Shown here: piece after piece, positions 17,501 through 26,069 of the stretch
How the letters are laid out: each line of letters opens with the position of its first letter
Numbering within the stretch: position 1 is the stretch's first letter
Origin: an uncultured Clostridia bacterium
Lineage (GTDB): Bacteria > Bacillota > Clostridia > Oscillospirales > Ruminococcaceae
DNA length: 31,572 nt
Reading direction: 5' to 3'
Assembly: GCA_947630315.1 (NCBI GenBank)
Contig: CANRHA010000001.1
Coordinates: 1 to 31,572, forward strand
Position numbers and translations under genes: made by a program
Notes under the pieces: model-generated
The model's input: only the letters and a program-made list of their open reading frames with translations
Databases searched by the model: none
Told to the model about the DNA's origin: nothing

Positions 17501-20500
17501 GGGGATTAGCTACAGTTGGTGCTGGAGTAATGGGAATAGCTGTTGGAGTAGCGGTACTCATTGCGGCTCTTAATCTGTTTCCGAAAGAAGGCTTTGACGT
17601 TGGACCTTTCGCGGAGCTTATAACGTCCTTAATAGTTATATTTGGTGCGATAGGCGTACTAATTGGTGTTATTGGAAGCTTCAATAAAGCAGCAGACGGT
17701 AAAGCCTTGAAGGGTGCCGCAGGTACGTTGCTAACGATGGCTGTACTTGTAGGTTCTATAGCATTGTCGCTGGCAGTATTTGCTTTGATAAAAGATCCAG
17801 CTGATATTTTAGCAGGTATGGTTGCCATTAGCACTATACTGATTTCATTTAAGTATTTACTTAAAGAAATAAACGGTATGACATCTGCAAAGCGAGCAGT
17901 TTTGGTATTAGTTCTTATGATTGCTGAGCTTGCAGCAATTACGATATCTTTGTCAGCTCTTATGGCGTTTGATTGGGGACAATTGGCTTTACGAGCAGTT
18001 GTAATTGCTTCTACAATTGCTGCTTTGGCGACAATCGCTACGATATTTGCTAAGAAGTTTAATTTTCCAACAGGACAAATAGTTAAGTCGTTAGCTACTT
18101 TAGGCATTATGACCGCGATATTTGCAATTCTTGGGGTTGTTCTTGGAGCTCTAAACAGGTTAGCTCCGGATGCTACGTTATTTATGGTGCAAGCCGGAAG
18201 TATTGTTGTAGCCATAGGTATGATGGCATTAATTATAGGTCTTCTGTCACAATTTGGAGGAGATAACGTAGCTGTAGCTGGTAGTGCTCTTATGAAAGTG
18301 TCAATAGGTATTGCTGCTTTAGCTGCTGGTATGGCTTTATTGGGTGCTGTTGATATTCGTACGGGAACAATATGGGCTTTCGTAGGAGCTGTAACGGTTT
18401 TAACAGCTGTCTTTGGGGTTTTATTAGCAGTTATACAATACGCTAATTTGGAACCAGCTTTACTTTCGTTAAGTGCATTCGTTAACGGAATTTCTGAAGC
18501 TTTATTAAATTTTGGAAAGAGCGCCGCATTATTTGGTGTTGCAGTATTGGCGTTTGCCAAAGCTTTACAAATGATAAGTCAGATTGGTCAGGAGGAACAG
18601 CAGAACATAATAAATACTTTTACAGCACTTGGTACTGGTATAATAAGCGCTGTGGGTGTAATAATTATTGGGCTTGTTGATTTACTTACGATGGGATTAT
18701 ATACTCTGGTTTACAACGCGGTAGAGACTATAAAACACATATTCTCTCCCGAAGATGCTCAACTTATCACGATGAACATTAACAACGGCGTCATTTCGAT
18801 AATAGATAGTGCAGGAAACGCTATAGCTTCTGCTTCTTTAAAAGCAGGTCAACAGGCAAAAGAATCACTTGAACAAAATATGCCGGGGGAGAAAGAGGGA
18901 AAGGAGCAAGCCAAAAGTTATACGAATTCATTTACTTCAGGAACTCAGTTCTCAACAACACAAAGGTCAGAAATTGCTAAAAACGCAGGAGCTGGAACTG
19001 GATATTTTGTAAACACAGTTGAAAAGGATGTCGCTCCAAAGGCTAGAGTGGTTGAAGAAGAAGCTAGTAAATTACCAGAGGCTCAAGTAGAAGGTCTTAC
19101 AAAAATTTCAGCAACAGATACAGCGGAAGTACGAGAAGCAGCTGCTCAAGAGGTAAATGCTTGGTACGCATCTGCTGAACAGTCTTTAAATGATACAGAA
19201 ATATCAATGGTTAAGGACTGGAAGAAACTTGATGACGTTACCAGTACTAATATGCTGTATGTTCTTAAGCACATATACGAGGACGGAAACCAGATTCTAA
19301 TAGACGCGAATGGCGAAATGCAAGTAGTATCAAGAGAAACTGGCGAATCAGCTAAGCAAACAATACAAGATTACTTTGGAGTCGTTGATGCCAATATGGT
19401 ATTCTATTCCGAGGAAGCAAAACAGAACGCTAAAGAGGCAGGAAAGAAACCTTGGGATGGCTTCGTTGAGGGATTCGTAGATCAGGGGAATCAGATAATT
19501 AATCAGTTAAATTCTCAACTTGGTAGTGCTGGAATTGATCTGAGCAAAGGTATAGACCTTGGAAGTGGTGACAAAGTAGCTGAGACATTCTATAATAAGT
19601 TCCTGCCGAAGGATGAAGATAAAGATGGAGCGGAATCTTTCGTTGATGATTTACAGCAGAAGATAGAAGACATTACTAATAGTTTTGGTGATCTTGGATC
19701 ATCGTCCGGTGCAGGCGGAGCAACTAAAGCTGTAAAAGAATTCGAAGACACCATCGTTGAAATACCCGACATAAATGACACGGTTAATTCGTCGATGGAA
19801 AAATTCATAATAAGCTTCGCAAAAGCCCAAGAGACCATAGCTAATCCAGATTTACTTCCTGCTTTGCAATCAGGTTACAACGAATTCATCGAAATGCAAT
19901 ACAATACGTGGGCTGCAACGGATGACGGAATACAAACGATAAAAGAAGAGGAAGAGGAAATAGCAAGATTGACAGAAGAAGCTCTAGAAGCAGGTGTTGA
20001 CTTCGACGCTGAAGCTAAGAGAACACAATACAGACTTAGAGATATGGCTAATGCTTGGAATGAATTACGCAATACTCTTGTGGATACTGTTCAAGGACAA
20101 ATTGATATTTTCTCGGAATTCGACAAAAAGACAGAATTGTCTTCAGAACAGCTTATAAACAATATGAGGTCACAAATCGAAGGCGTTAAAGAATGGGCTG
20201 ACAATCTTACTATCTTGACGCAAAGAGGTTTGAGTGAAGGCCTGTTACAAAAATTGTCTGAGATGGGTCCTCAGGGTTATGAGTATGTTCACGCTTTTGT
20301 AGAAATGACAGCAGATCAGTTAAATCAGGCAAATCAGCTATTTGCTCAATCTACAACATTATCTGATGAAACAGCGGATCAATTACTTGCAAATTATGTT
20401 TATGCTGGTGCTATGACATCAGCAGGATTTATGCAAGGAATAGTTGACGGACAAACAGACGTTAATGCCGCTTGTGAGAATATGGGTTTGAGCGGTTTAG

Positions 20501-21336
20501 CAGCTTTGAAGAGTGTTCTTCAGATTCAGTCACCATCTCAAGAGACTTATGCCGTAGGTTCTTACTTGATTCAAGGTCTTGTCAATGGCATTACGGATTT
20601 CCAAGAGTCAGCTCTTACAACTATGAGAGAACTAGGTAAGGCATTAATCGAGAGTATGATTGAAGGAATGAAGTACGAAAGATTGTTTGTTAAGACTACA
20701 GCTGAAGAACTTGCTAAGAATGGTTACGACAGCATAAGAGGCAAATGGCAAGGGTACTATGATGCTGGTGTTTACGTAATTCAAAGATTCATAGATGGTA
20801 TGAATTCCAAGTACGATGATTTAGCTGCGGCAGCTTCAGCGTTGTCATCTTTAACTCTTGGAACTATGAGTGGTGTCTTAGAGGAAGCTTCTCCGTCACG
20901 TGCAACATTCAAAATAGGTGCATATGCAACAGAAGGCTTCATACTTGGTGTTAACAGTTATGCTGATCAGGTAAATGAGTCGACATCAAACTTAGGGTAC
21001 ATAGCAGCTAACAACTTAAGAAATGCCATACTTGCAATAAGTGAAGGTGTTGAAACTGACTTGAATATGGACCCTACGATAAGACCAGTTCTTGATTTGT
21101 CGAGAGTTACGCCACAAGCACAAAGAATAAATGCAATGTTCAGTAGAAATTTAGCAATAAAGGCTAATGCAGATGTTCAGCGTGCAGGTATAATTACAGA
21201 TTCGAACGGAACAACAGTAGCAGGCTCTCAGTATGTATTCAACCAATACAACACATCTCCGAGAGCTCTTGATAGAGTGGAAATCTACAGGCAGACTAGA
21301 AATCAGTTTGCTTCTTTTAGGGGGATGACAGAATGA
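14545..21336 (+). CDS. Tail tape measure protein (2263 aa)
   Basis: Tape-measure domain LNEYADLTVYNFGQMTDAIGKFTAAGV, long Ala/Gly/Ile/Leu hydrophobic repeats, two SPS...G...G motifs near the C-terminus. Confidence 0.95.
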   Translation: MSEVVDRRVVSMEMNNEQFKREAEATIKELEKLEKSVDTKGMEKNLSSLEKVTSSISLDGLAKAVDKINYRFSALGTVTDQIFRNITNSAILAGKRMIKALSTDPLMDGLSEYETEINAVKVIMANLPGVTQEEVNDTLAELNEYADLTVYNFGQMTDAIGKFTAAGVDLKTSTATIKGLANVAAGAGVSNTRLAGAYIQVSQALQAGVFKLQDWNSMQQAGLANEEFRNRLQDTAIEMGILTGRVDNFRDSLKDGWLTTEVFTKTLEKAASTDNEWGKRLTAAATEVTTLTQLIGVLKEALGTAWATSIKYVIGDFTEAKALFTGISDILSGIISGSAEARNIALKEWHDMGGREELLKSLANLFAAIYSIIYPIKKAFNDTFQSITGTGLLGLTRSFSAFTKSLIQNEDVMNGIYSIAKVLATALKAVFTVIKMGLGVLGTVLKVAGSLLQALVIIVGNLAALVIPLTQAIKQSKIFQRLMAAFNKIGNRVVNTLTNIVSAIAGFVAYVLQLPILGDIFNLLYSLIYKVADAIVTIVEAIADFDIHNIGGWFNDLVNKLSQIFSFSKEFKTLENIIKGFGTVVSGVIGGIIGLLGTLISTIFNVGSEFKTSFSFFDIGNSIGGAFVSAISFIIQSFRNLGAGIKSAFSSDKTGQIQWVIDKIIGLKDTIVDVVKSIVNTIKKINWNKLFAFTISMGLVISLYQLSSGLRSIGEGIESLSDAAKILSKALKKKFSRTQSTIRSIAILIGTLTASIKVLSTIPAEDLKKATISLATIMGIFLVFEAILVVMELIVKKLKLGVRMQMATKSIAAIGIAVAAMAASLYILKDVPAGWDLVGKMTALLTLMVVFGGVITVASRFGGNKLTNFLSILAMAFAIDKIVDVFAKFADVPLDDIKDNIKNFIGLMAGLAVLFLGIGQIKIRGVVGLIAMAYSIDAIIEALEAFGKADLSGLRKQLLLLSPLLIALGAFCLAALSITKNVKFGGGLATVGAGVMGIAVGVAVLIAALNLFPKEGFDVGPFAELITSLIVIFGAIGVLIGVIGSFNKAADGKALKGAAGTLLTMAVLVGSIALSLAVFALIKDPADILAGMVAISTILISFKYLLKEINGMTSAKRAVLVLVLMIAELAAITISLSALMAFDWGQLALRAVVIASTIAALATIATIFAKKFNFPTGQIVKSLATLGIMTAIFAILGVVLGALNRLAPDATLFMVQAGSIVVAIGMMALIIGLLSQFGGDNVAVAGSALMKVSIGIAALAAGMALLGAVDIRTGTIWAFVGAVTVLTAVFGVLLAVIQYANLEPALLSLSAFVNGISEALLNFGKSAALFGVAVLAFAKALQMISQIGQEEQQNIINTFTALGTGIISAVGVIIIGLVDLLTMGLYTLVYNAVETIKHIFSPEDAQLITMNINNGVISIIDSAGNAIASASLKAGQQAKESLEQNMPGEKEGKEQAKSYTNSFTSGTQFSTTQRSEIAKNAGAGTGYFVNTVEKDVAPKARVVEEEASKLPEAQVEGLTKISATDTAEVREAAAQEVNAWYASAEQSLNDTEISMVKDWKKLDDVTSTNMLYVLKHIYEDGNQILIDANGEMQVVSRETGESAKQTIQDYFGVVDANMVFYSEEAKQNAKEAGKKPWDGFVEGFVDQGNQIINQLNSQLGSAGIDLSKGIDLGSGDKVAETFYNKFLPKDEDKDGAESFVDDLQQKIEDITNSFGDLGSSSGAGGATKAVKEFEDTIVEIPDINDTVNSSMEKFIISFAKAQETIANPDLLPALQSGYNEFIEMQYNTWAATDDGIQTIKEEEEEIARLTEEALEAGVDFDAEAKRTQYRLRDMANAWNELRNTLVDTVQGQIDIFSEFDKKTELSSEQLINNMRSQIEGVKEWADNLTILTQRGLSEGLLQKLSEMGPQGYEYVHAFVEMTADQLNQANQLFAQSTTLSDETADQLLANYVYAGAMTSAGFMQGIVDGQTDVNAACENMGLSGLAALKSVLQIQSPSQETYAVGSYLIQGLVNGITDFQESALTTMRELGKALIESMIEGMKYERLFVKTTAEELAKNGYDSIRGKWQGYYDAGVYVIQRFIDGMNSKYDDLAAAASALSSLTLGTMSGVLEEASPSRATFKIGAYATEGFILGVNSYADQVNESTSNLGYIAANNLRNAILAISEGVETDLNMDPTIRPVLDLSRVTPQAQRINAMFSRNLAIKANADVQRAGIITDSNGTTVAGSQYVFNQYNTSPRALDRVEIYRQTRNQFASFRGMTE

Positions 21337-22361
21337 TTTATAGTATAACAGCTACAAATTATCTTGGAGAGTCAGTAGCACTTGAACTAGCGAGGCCAGA
21401 GACTTCTGGCTTCCTAGTTAAAAGTGTAACAGGTGCTGGACCGCCTCAAGCGGCAGTTAATATTACAGAAATAGCAACGGTTGACGGTGGAATATTTAAT
21501 TCATCAAGAGCAAAGACTAAAAACATAGTACTGCAATTGATATTTTGGCCTAAGGATAATGCAGAGACAATCGAAGAGATACGCCATAGGTCATATAAGT
21601 ACTTTCCGCTAAAGAAAAATCTAACTCTATTATTCAAAACTGATTTCAGAACAAGCTATATTGTTGGTTACGTTGAAAAAAATGAACCCAACATATGGGA
21701 CAAGCAAGAAGGATGCCAGATAAGTATTATTTGTGATACACCTTGGCTAAAAGACATAAAGCAAGACGAAACAGCTTTCTCTGGAGTTCGCCCTATGCTG
21801 TTCTTCCCTTTCTACAATAATCTTGTTGAGTATTCAAAGACTCGTTCAGCATTGACAGACAATAAGAAAGACAAGGTCAAAGATTCTGATATGGATGACA
21901 TAATTGCAAGGACTTACACTAGTACTTCGTGGCCCGAACGTCATATAATAATGGGTGAAATTGTAAAGAAATATTATTATACTGTGAACTACTCAGGAGA
22001 AGTCGAAACAGGAATTAACATTCTCATTCACTTAACCGGTCCTGTTGACAGTATAAATATTTACAACGTAACAACCAATGAAAAAATGACAGTAGACGGG
22101 GCTAAGATTGAAGAGTTTACAGGAACTGCTTTGAGAAAGAACGACGAGATTGTAATATGTACAGTTCAAGGTCAACGTTCGGCTAAGTTACTTAGAAGCG
22201 GAAAATACACGAATATATTTAATTGCATAACTAAAGAATCTGATTGGTTCCAGTTAGTTAAAGGTGTAAACGAATTTGCTTATACAACACCAAATGACAA
22301 AGACCAAGCAGATTTAGTTCGTTTCCAAATTGTAAATGATATTTTGTATACAGGTATTTAA
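21333..22361 (+). CDS. Distal tail protein (Dit)
   Basis: Follows the TMP with ATGA overlap; TIEEIRHRSYKYFPLKK, GYVEKNEPNIW, WFQLVKGVNEF. Confidence 0.85.
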   Translation: MIYSITATNYLGESVALELARPETSGFLVKSVTGAGPPQAAVNITEIATVDGGIFNSSRAKTKNIVLQLIFWPKDNAETIEEIRHRSYKYFPLKKNLTLLFKTDFRTSYIVGYVEKNEPNIWDKQEGCQISIICDTPWLKDIKQDETAFSGVRPMLFFPFYNNLVEYSKTRSALTDNKKDKVKDSDMDDIIARTYTSTSWPERHIIMGEIVKKYYYTVNYSGEVETGINILIHLTGPVDSINIYNVTTNEKMTVDGAKIEEFTGTALRKNDEIVICTVQGQRSAKLLRSGKYTNIFNCITKESDWFQLVKGVNEFAYTTPNDKDQADLVRFQIVNDILYTGI

Positions 22362-22378
22362 AAAAGGAGGCGATTTAT

Positions 22379-22591
22379 ATGAAACTCACAAATGCACAGT
22401 ACGACGTCATCAAATGGATTGCTCAGTATCTTCTTCCTGCTCTTGGCACTTTATATTTTGCCTTAGCAAGTATATGGGGCTTGCCTTATGGAGAGGAAAT
22501 TGTAGGTACTATAACTGCTCTTGATACTTTCTTAGCAGTTATTATGGGTATAAGTACCAACACGTATAAGAAAGCTGGAGGTGACAAGTAA
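22379..22591 (+). CDS. Holin (Dp-1-type)
   Basis: 70 aa, two hydrophobic helices; YDVIKWIAQYLLPALGTLYFALASIWGLPYGEEIVGTITALDTFL; SD AAGGAGG. Confidence 0.88.
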   Translation: MKLTNAQYDVIKWIAQYLLPALGTLYFALASIWGLPYGEEIVGTITALDTFLAVIMGISTNTYKKAGGDK

Positions 22592-22797
22592 TGAAATTCT
22601 TACAGTATAATGAAGTAGTTACAAGAATCGAAAGCAAGCAGGACTTGAATAAGATATTTATGGCTGCAAAACCTACTGATGTCGGGGAGACTTGTTGCTC
22701 TAACATACCAAACATTATATTCAAGCCGCTTGGCACCAAGACGATATGCGAGATCACAAAGGACGACTCCATATTCATTGATATTTCAGAGGAGTGA
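22591..22797 (+). CDS. Hypothetical protein (68 aa)
   Basis: GGAGG SD, overlaps the holin stop; no recognised motif. Confidence 0.55.
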   Translation: MKFLQYNEVVTRIESKQDLNKIFMAAKPTDVGETCCSNIPNIIFKPLGTKTICEITKDDSIFIDISEE

Positions 22798-22802
22798 CTT
22801 AA

Positions 22803-23132
22803 ATGATCTCATTAGAAGCAATAATAACTATCGTGTGCTCTGTTTTGGCTTCTAGTGGATTATGGACATTTATTCTAAAAATTCACGACAAGAAGGATGC
22901 CAAGACAAAAATGACTTTAGGAATCGGTCACGACAGAATAGTAAAGATCGGAACCGATATTCTTGAACGGGGAGATTATATAAGTGAGGATGAGTATGAA
23001 AACTTACACGACTACTTATATTTACCTTACAAGGCATTAGGCGGTAATGGGTCTGCTGAGAAGATAATGCAGCAAATCGATCAGCTAAGAATTGTAAAGA
23101 CTCCTCATCCCGGTTCCAAACAAAAGGAATGA
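22803..23132 (+). CDS. N-terminally membrane-anchored lysis-cassette protein
   Basis: One TM helix (AIITIVCSVLASSGLWTFIL) and LYLPYKALGGNGSA motif typical of small genes beside Gram-positive phage holins. Confidence 0.65.
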   Translation: MISLEAIITIVCSVLASSGLWTFILKIHDKKDAKTKMTLGIGHDRIVKIGTDILERGDYISEDEYENLHDYLYLPYKALGGNGSAEKIMQQIDQLRIVKTPHPGSKQKE

Positions 23133-23160
23133 TAAGAGCTGATACCACAGCTTTTTATCA
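23130..23160 (+). terminator. Hairpin / possible intrinsic terminator after the lysis genes
   Basis: TGATAAGAGCTG-ATACCA-CAGCTTTTTATCA; core stem AGCTG/CAGCT followed by T residues. Confidence 0.45.
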
Positions 23161-23171
23161 GATATTGCACC

Positions 23172-23200
23172 TTGACAATTTAATAAAGTAATGATATTTT
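23172..23200 (+). promoter_or_regulatory. Candidate sigma-A promoter for the accessory cassette
   Basis: TTGACA (23172-23177), 17 nt, TATTTT (23195-23200) preceded by TG. Caveat: the predicted start site (~23207) would clip the SD of 23216. Confidence 0.4.
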
Positions 23201-23215
23201 TGGGAGGTAATCATT

Positions 23216-23737
23216 ATGCAAGGAAATCCACAAAATCAATTCAATAACAATCAGCAGTTCTCGAATTGGAACTACGATATGAGCTATCCAACACAGGGAT
23301 CTCAGCAGAACCAAGTAAATACACAGCAACCATTTTCTCACACTGCGACACAGCAACAGAACTGGTTAAATAATCAGCAATCTGTCGGCTTTACTCAACC
23401 AAGCACTCAACAACAAAGATTTGTACTTCCTGGTCATTTAGTAAATGATATTTCGGAGGTGCAGATCAACGAGGTGCCTATGGATGGGAGCTATAACGTA
23501 TTTCCTCTTCGCGACCTGTCTGCAATTTATTTAAAATTTTGGGATAATGACGGACGGTTTAAAACCAGACGTTATGTCCTTGTAGATGATACGCAATCTC
23601 AGAATGTCGAAAATCAAAATCAGACCCAAATGGACGAAGTTATGTCCAAAATCACATCACTAGAAAGTATGGTGAAGAAGATTCTTAGAAAGTCATATAA
23701 AAATGAATCAAAAGGAGGAAATAACGATGCAAAATAA
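23216..23737 (+). CDS. Cassette gene 1: Q/N-rich low-complexity N-terminus plus small globular domain (EVPMDGSYNVFP)
   Basis: SD GGGAGG; composition seen directly. Confidence 0.8.
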   Translation: MQGNPQNQFNNNQQFSNWNYDMSYPTQGSQQNQVNTQQPFSHTATQQQNWLNNQQSVGFTQPSTQQQRFVLPGHLVNDISEVQINEVPMDGSYNVFPLRDLSAIYLKFWDNDGRFKTRRYVLVDDTQSQNVENQNQTQMDEVMSKITSLESMVKKILRKSYKNESKGGNNDAK

Positions 23738-23930
23738 TTTCAGTATGCAAGTGCAGCAATTAATGCAAAGACCAGAGTTTCAAGATTCATTTGCTCAAAG
23801 TGGTTTGTCCGCGATTAGAGATATGGACGTAGCTCGTGGAGTAGAAATAGCTGATAATATTTGCAGAAGTTATGGACTATCTCGAGAGCAAATGATGCAA
23901 GGAATCGCTCGAACCATACAGAATAGATAA
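23727..23930 (+). CDS. Cassette gene 2: small helical protein (GVEIADNICRSYGLSREQ)
   Basis: AAGGAGG at 23712-23718 favours ATG 23727. Confidence 0.75.
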   Translation: MQNNFSMQVQQLMQRPEFQDSFAQSGLSAIRDMDVARGVEIADNICRSYGLSREQMMQGIARTIQNR

Positions 23931-23952
23931 AGAAAAGGAGGTAGAGAAATTT

Positions 23953-24753
23953 ATGTTAGGAGGAAATTCAGGAGCTTTCGGATTAGACCTCGGTGCATTG
24001 CTTGGTAACGCTCTTAGCAGAAGCGGTAGTGGCAATAATGGCGACTGGGGTGGAAACGGAGCTTGGTGGATCATCGTTATCTTATTTGCTCTTTGGGGCA
24101 GAAATGGTAACGGTCTGTTTGGCGGTGACAATGGAACCAACACACAGACAATTCCTGCAACAGCTGGAGACCTTCAGAGAGGCTTTGATACCCAGACAGT
24201 CGTTAACAAGCTTAACGGTCTTGAGAACGGCATCTGTAACTTAGGCTATGATCAGCTTTCTCAGATGAATGGTCTTACGAATACTGTTACTCAGACAGGT
24301 TGGGGTATTCAGCAGTCGCTTCAGAACCTTATGGTTTCGCTTATGCAGCAGGGATTCAATCAGTCTGCTCAGACGAAGGATTGTTGCTGTACAGTAGAGA
24401 ACTTGCTTCAGCAGGCTAACTACAACCGCCAGCAGGATACTTGCGCGATTACTACAGCTATTGACAGAATGGCTCAGAACATCATTGCTAACGACAATGC
24501 GAACTATCGTCAGTTGCACGATGAGAATGTTCAGCTTCAGATGCAGAACAAGGATGCTCAGATTGCAGCATTGACACAGCAGCTTAACCGTTGCTACGAT
24601 GACAATACAGCAAATAGTGTTGTTGCAAGATTGACGAACGTAATTAATCCGCCTGTTACACCGGCGTACATTGTACAGAATCCCAATGGTTGCAACTGCA
24701 ACAACAATAACGGATGCTGCAATAATAACTGGGGCAATGTAGCGTGGGGATAA
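23953..24753 (+). CDS. Cassette gene 3: Gly/Asn-rich N-terminus, hydrophobic WWIIVILFALWG segment, Q/N coiled coil with CCC, Cys/Asn-rich tail
   Basis: 266 aa, 10 Cys, tail CNCNNNNGCCNNNW; SD GGAGGT. Confidence 0.85.
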   Translation: MLGGNSGAFGLDLGALLGNALSRSGSGNNGDWGGNGAWWIIVILFALWGRNGNGLFGGDNGTNTQTIPATAGDLQRGFDTQTVVNKLNGLENGICNLGYDQLSQMNGLTNTVTQTGWGIQQSLQNLMVSLMQQGFNQSAQTKDCCCTVENLLQQANYNRQQDTCAITTAIDRMAQNIIANDNANYRQLHDENVQLQMQNKDAQIAALTQQLNRCYDDNTANSVVARLTNVINPPVTPAYIVQNPNGCNCNNNNGCCNNNWGNVAWG

Positions 24754-24879
24754 TTCAAAATGAGTAACCAATAATTGCGTTGAAACTTTATAGAAAGGAG
24801 TAGACCATCGGTTTGAACTAACGTTTTTCATTAAATTTTGTATGATTTGTTTTTCGTGTCTAATTCCTATTTAGAAGAG

Positions 24880-24920
24880 GCGGGCTCACTTCACTGGTTG
24901 TTGTGGGCTCGTTTTCTTTT
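24880..24920 (+). terminator. Rho-independent terminator-like hairpin between cassette genes 3 and 4
   Basis: GCGGGCTCAC (24880-24889) pairs with GTGGGCTCGT (24903-24912, several G-U) followed by TTTCTTTT. Confidence 0.65.
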
Positions 24921-24945
24921 ATATTTTCAGTAAGGAGGTATTTTT

Positions 24946-25356
24946 ATGATTATCGTATCTAATACGGCGGCTCAGACTTTACAGCCGGGCCAGGCGATTA
25001 CCTTTAATGAGGTACGTTTGAAAACTGGATGCGGAGAAGCGTTCAGAATGCAGACAGGTACCATTGGCTTAAGAAATAATGCAGCTTACAGAATCACATT
25101 CCACGCAAATGTAGGAGGTACTGTTGCTGCGGCTCCCGTTCAGCTTAACATACAGCTTGGGGGAGCATCTGACTTGACAACAACTATGATATCTACACCA
25201 ACAACAGCAGATACAGAGCTTAACAATGTTTCAGCCTCAACAGGTATTCTTACGGGTTGTAATGGACTTCCGAATACTGTAACTGTTGTAAATACGGGTG
25301 TTAATCCAATAATCATAGGTGCGAATCCGTCACTTATGGTTAATAGAGTAGGTTAA
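24946..25356 (+). CDS. Cassette gene 4: predicted beta-sandwich, BclA C-terminal/C1q-like
   Basis: 136 aa; QTLQPGQAITF, YRITFHANV, LTVVNTG-like VTVVNTG, ANPSLMVNRV strand pattern. Family call from memory of the pattern. Confidence 0.6.
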   Translation: MIIVSNTAAQTLQPGQAITFNEVRLKTGCGEAFRMQTGTIGLRNNAAYRITFHANVGGTVAAAPVQLNIQLGGASDLTTTMISTPTTADTELNNVSASTGILTGCNGLPNTVTVVNTGVNPIIIGANPSLMVNRVG

Positions 25357-25369
25357 GGAGGTGGACAGT

Positions 25370-26053
25370 ATGGGAGATATGAAAGAAACAGAATTCGGTC
25401 TTGAGGAGATTAAAGACCTTAAGAAAACATTAACGACTTGGCTCAGAGAAGAGATTAACTGTGGTAAGGATAATGTCCGTAACTGTGACATTGATACTCT
25501 TGCAAATGCTGTTCATCATCTTGCAGAAACGGAACGCAATTGCTATGAAGCTCTTTACTATAAAACAGTAACGGAGCAGATGGAGAACGCAGAAGAATCC
25601 CTTAGAATGGGTGCATCAAGAAGCAGAGATTCAATGGGACGATACACTTCAAGAGGATATACAACTTATCCTTATGACCAGATGGACTATGTTGATGCTT
25701 ATATCCACGATCCCAACCAGTTTATTGACGATATGATGCCTATGGGATACAGAAGTGGCAATCGTGGACGAAACAGCGGCGGTATGTCAAATAGGTCTGG
25801 GAATAATTCAAAATCAAGCAGCTATGGGTATCGTCCAATGGAAACAGAGTGGGATCAATACAGAATGGCAAAGAGGCACTATACTGAAAATGGGGATTCG
25901 GAATCAAGAAAAGAAATGAATAGCCACGCTATGAATCATTTCAAGGATTCTATCGGCACTTTCAAAGATATTTGGGAAGATGCAGATCCCTCTTTGAAGA
26001 TGGAAATGAAGAAGGATCTTCAGAATTTAGTTGCGGATATGCCAGTTAATTAA
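25370..26053 (+). CDS. Cassette gene 5: helical ends flanking a Met/Tyr/Arg/Gly/Ser-rich disordered middle
   Basis: AAGGAGG SD, ATG 25370; RSGNRGRNSGGMSNRSGNNSKSSSYGYR. Confidence 0.8.
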   Translation: MGDMKETEFGLEEIKDLKKTLTTWLREEINCGKDNVRNCDIDTLANAVHHLAETERNCYEALYYKTVTEQMENAEESLRMGASRSRDSMGRYTSRGYTTYPYDQMDYVDAYIHDPNQFIDDMMPMGYRSGNRGRNSGGMSNRSGNNSKSSSYGYRPMETEWDQYRMAKRHYTENGDSESRKEMNSHAMNHFKDSIGTFKDIWEDADPSLKMEMKKDLQNLVADMPVN

Positions 26054-26069
26054 AAGGCGGTGATGCTTT

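Noticed and set aside
15159-20072. Minus-strand ORFs inside the tape measure gene (e.g. 17343-18560, 405 aa)
   Set aside because: Antisense shadows of the Ala/Ile/Leu/Gly codon bias of the TMP; no RBS or motif support.
23133-23215. Sporulation sigma (sigma-K/sigma-E) promoter for the cassette
   Set aside because: No CATA-type -10 element found; only a sigma-A-like match with an awkward start position.
24241-24831. 196-aa minus-strand ORF over cassette gene 3
   Set aside because: Explained by the CAG/AAC-rich sense strand avoiding antisense stops; no independent evidence.
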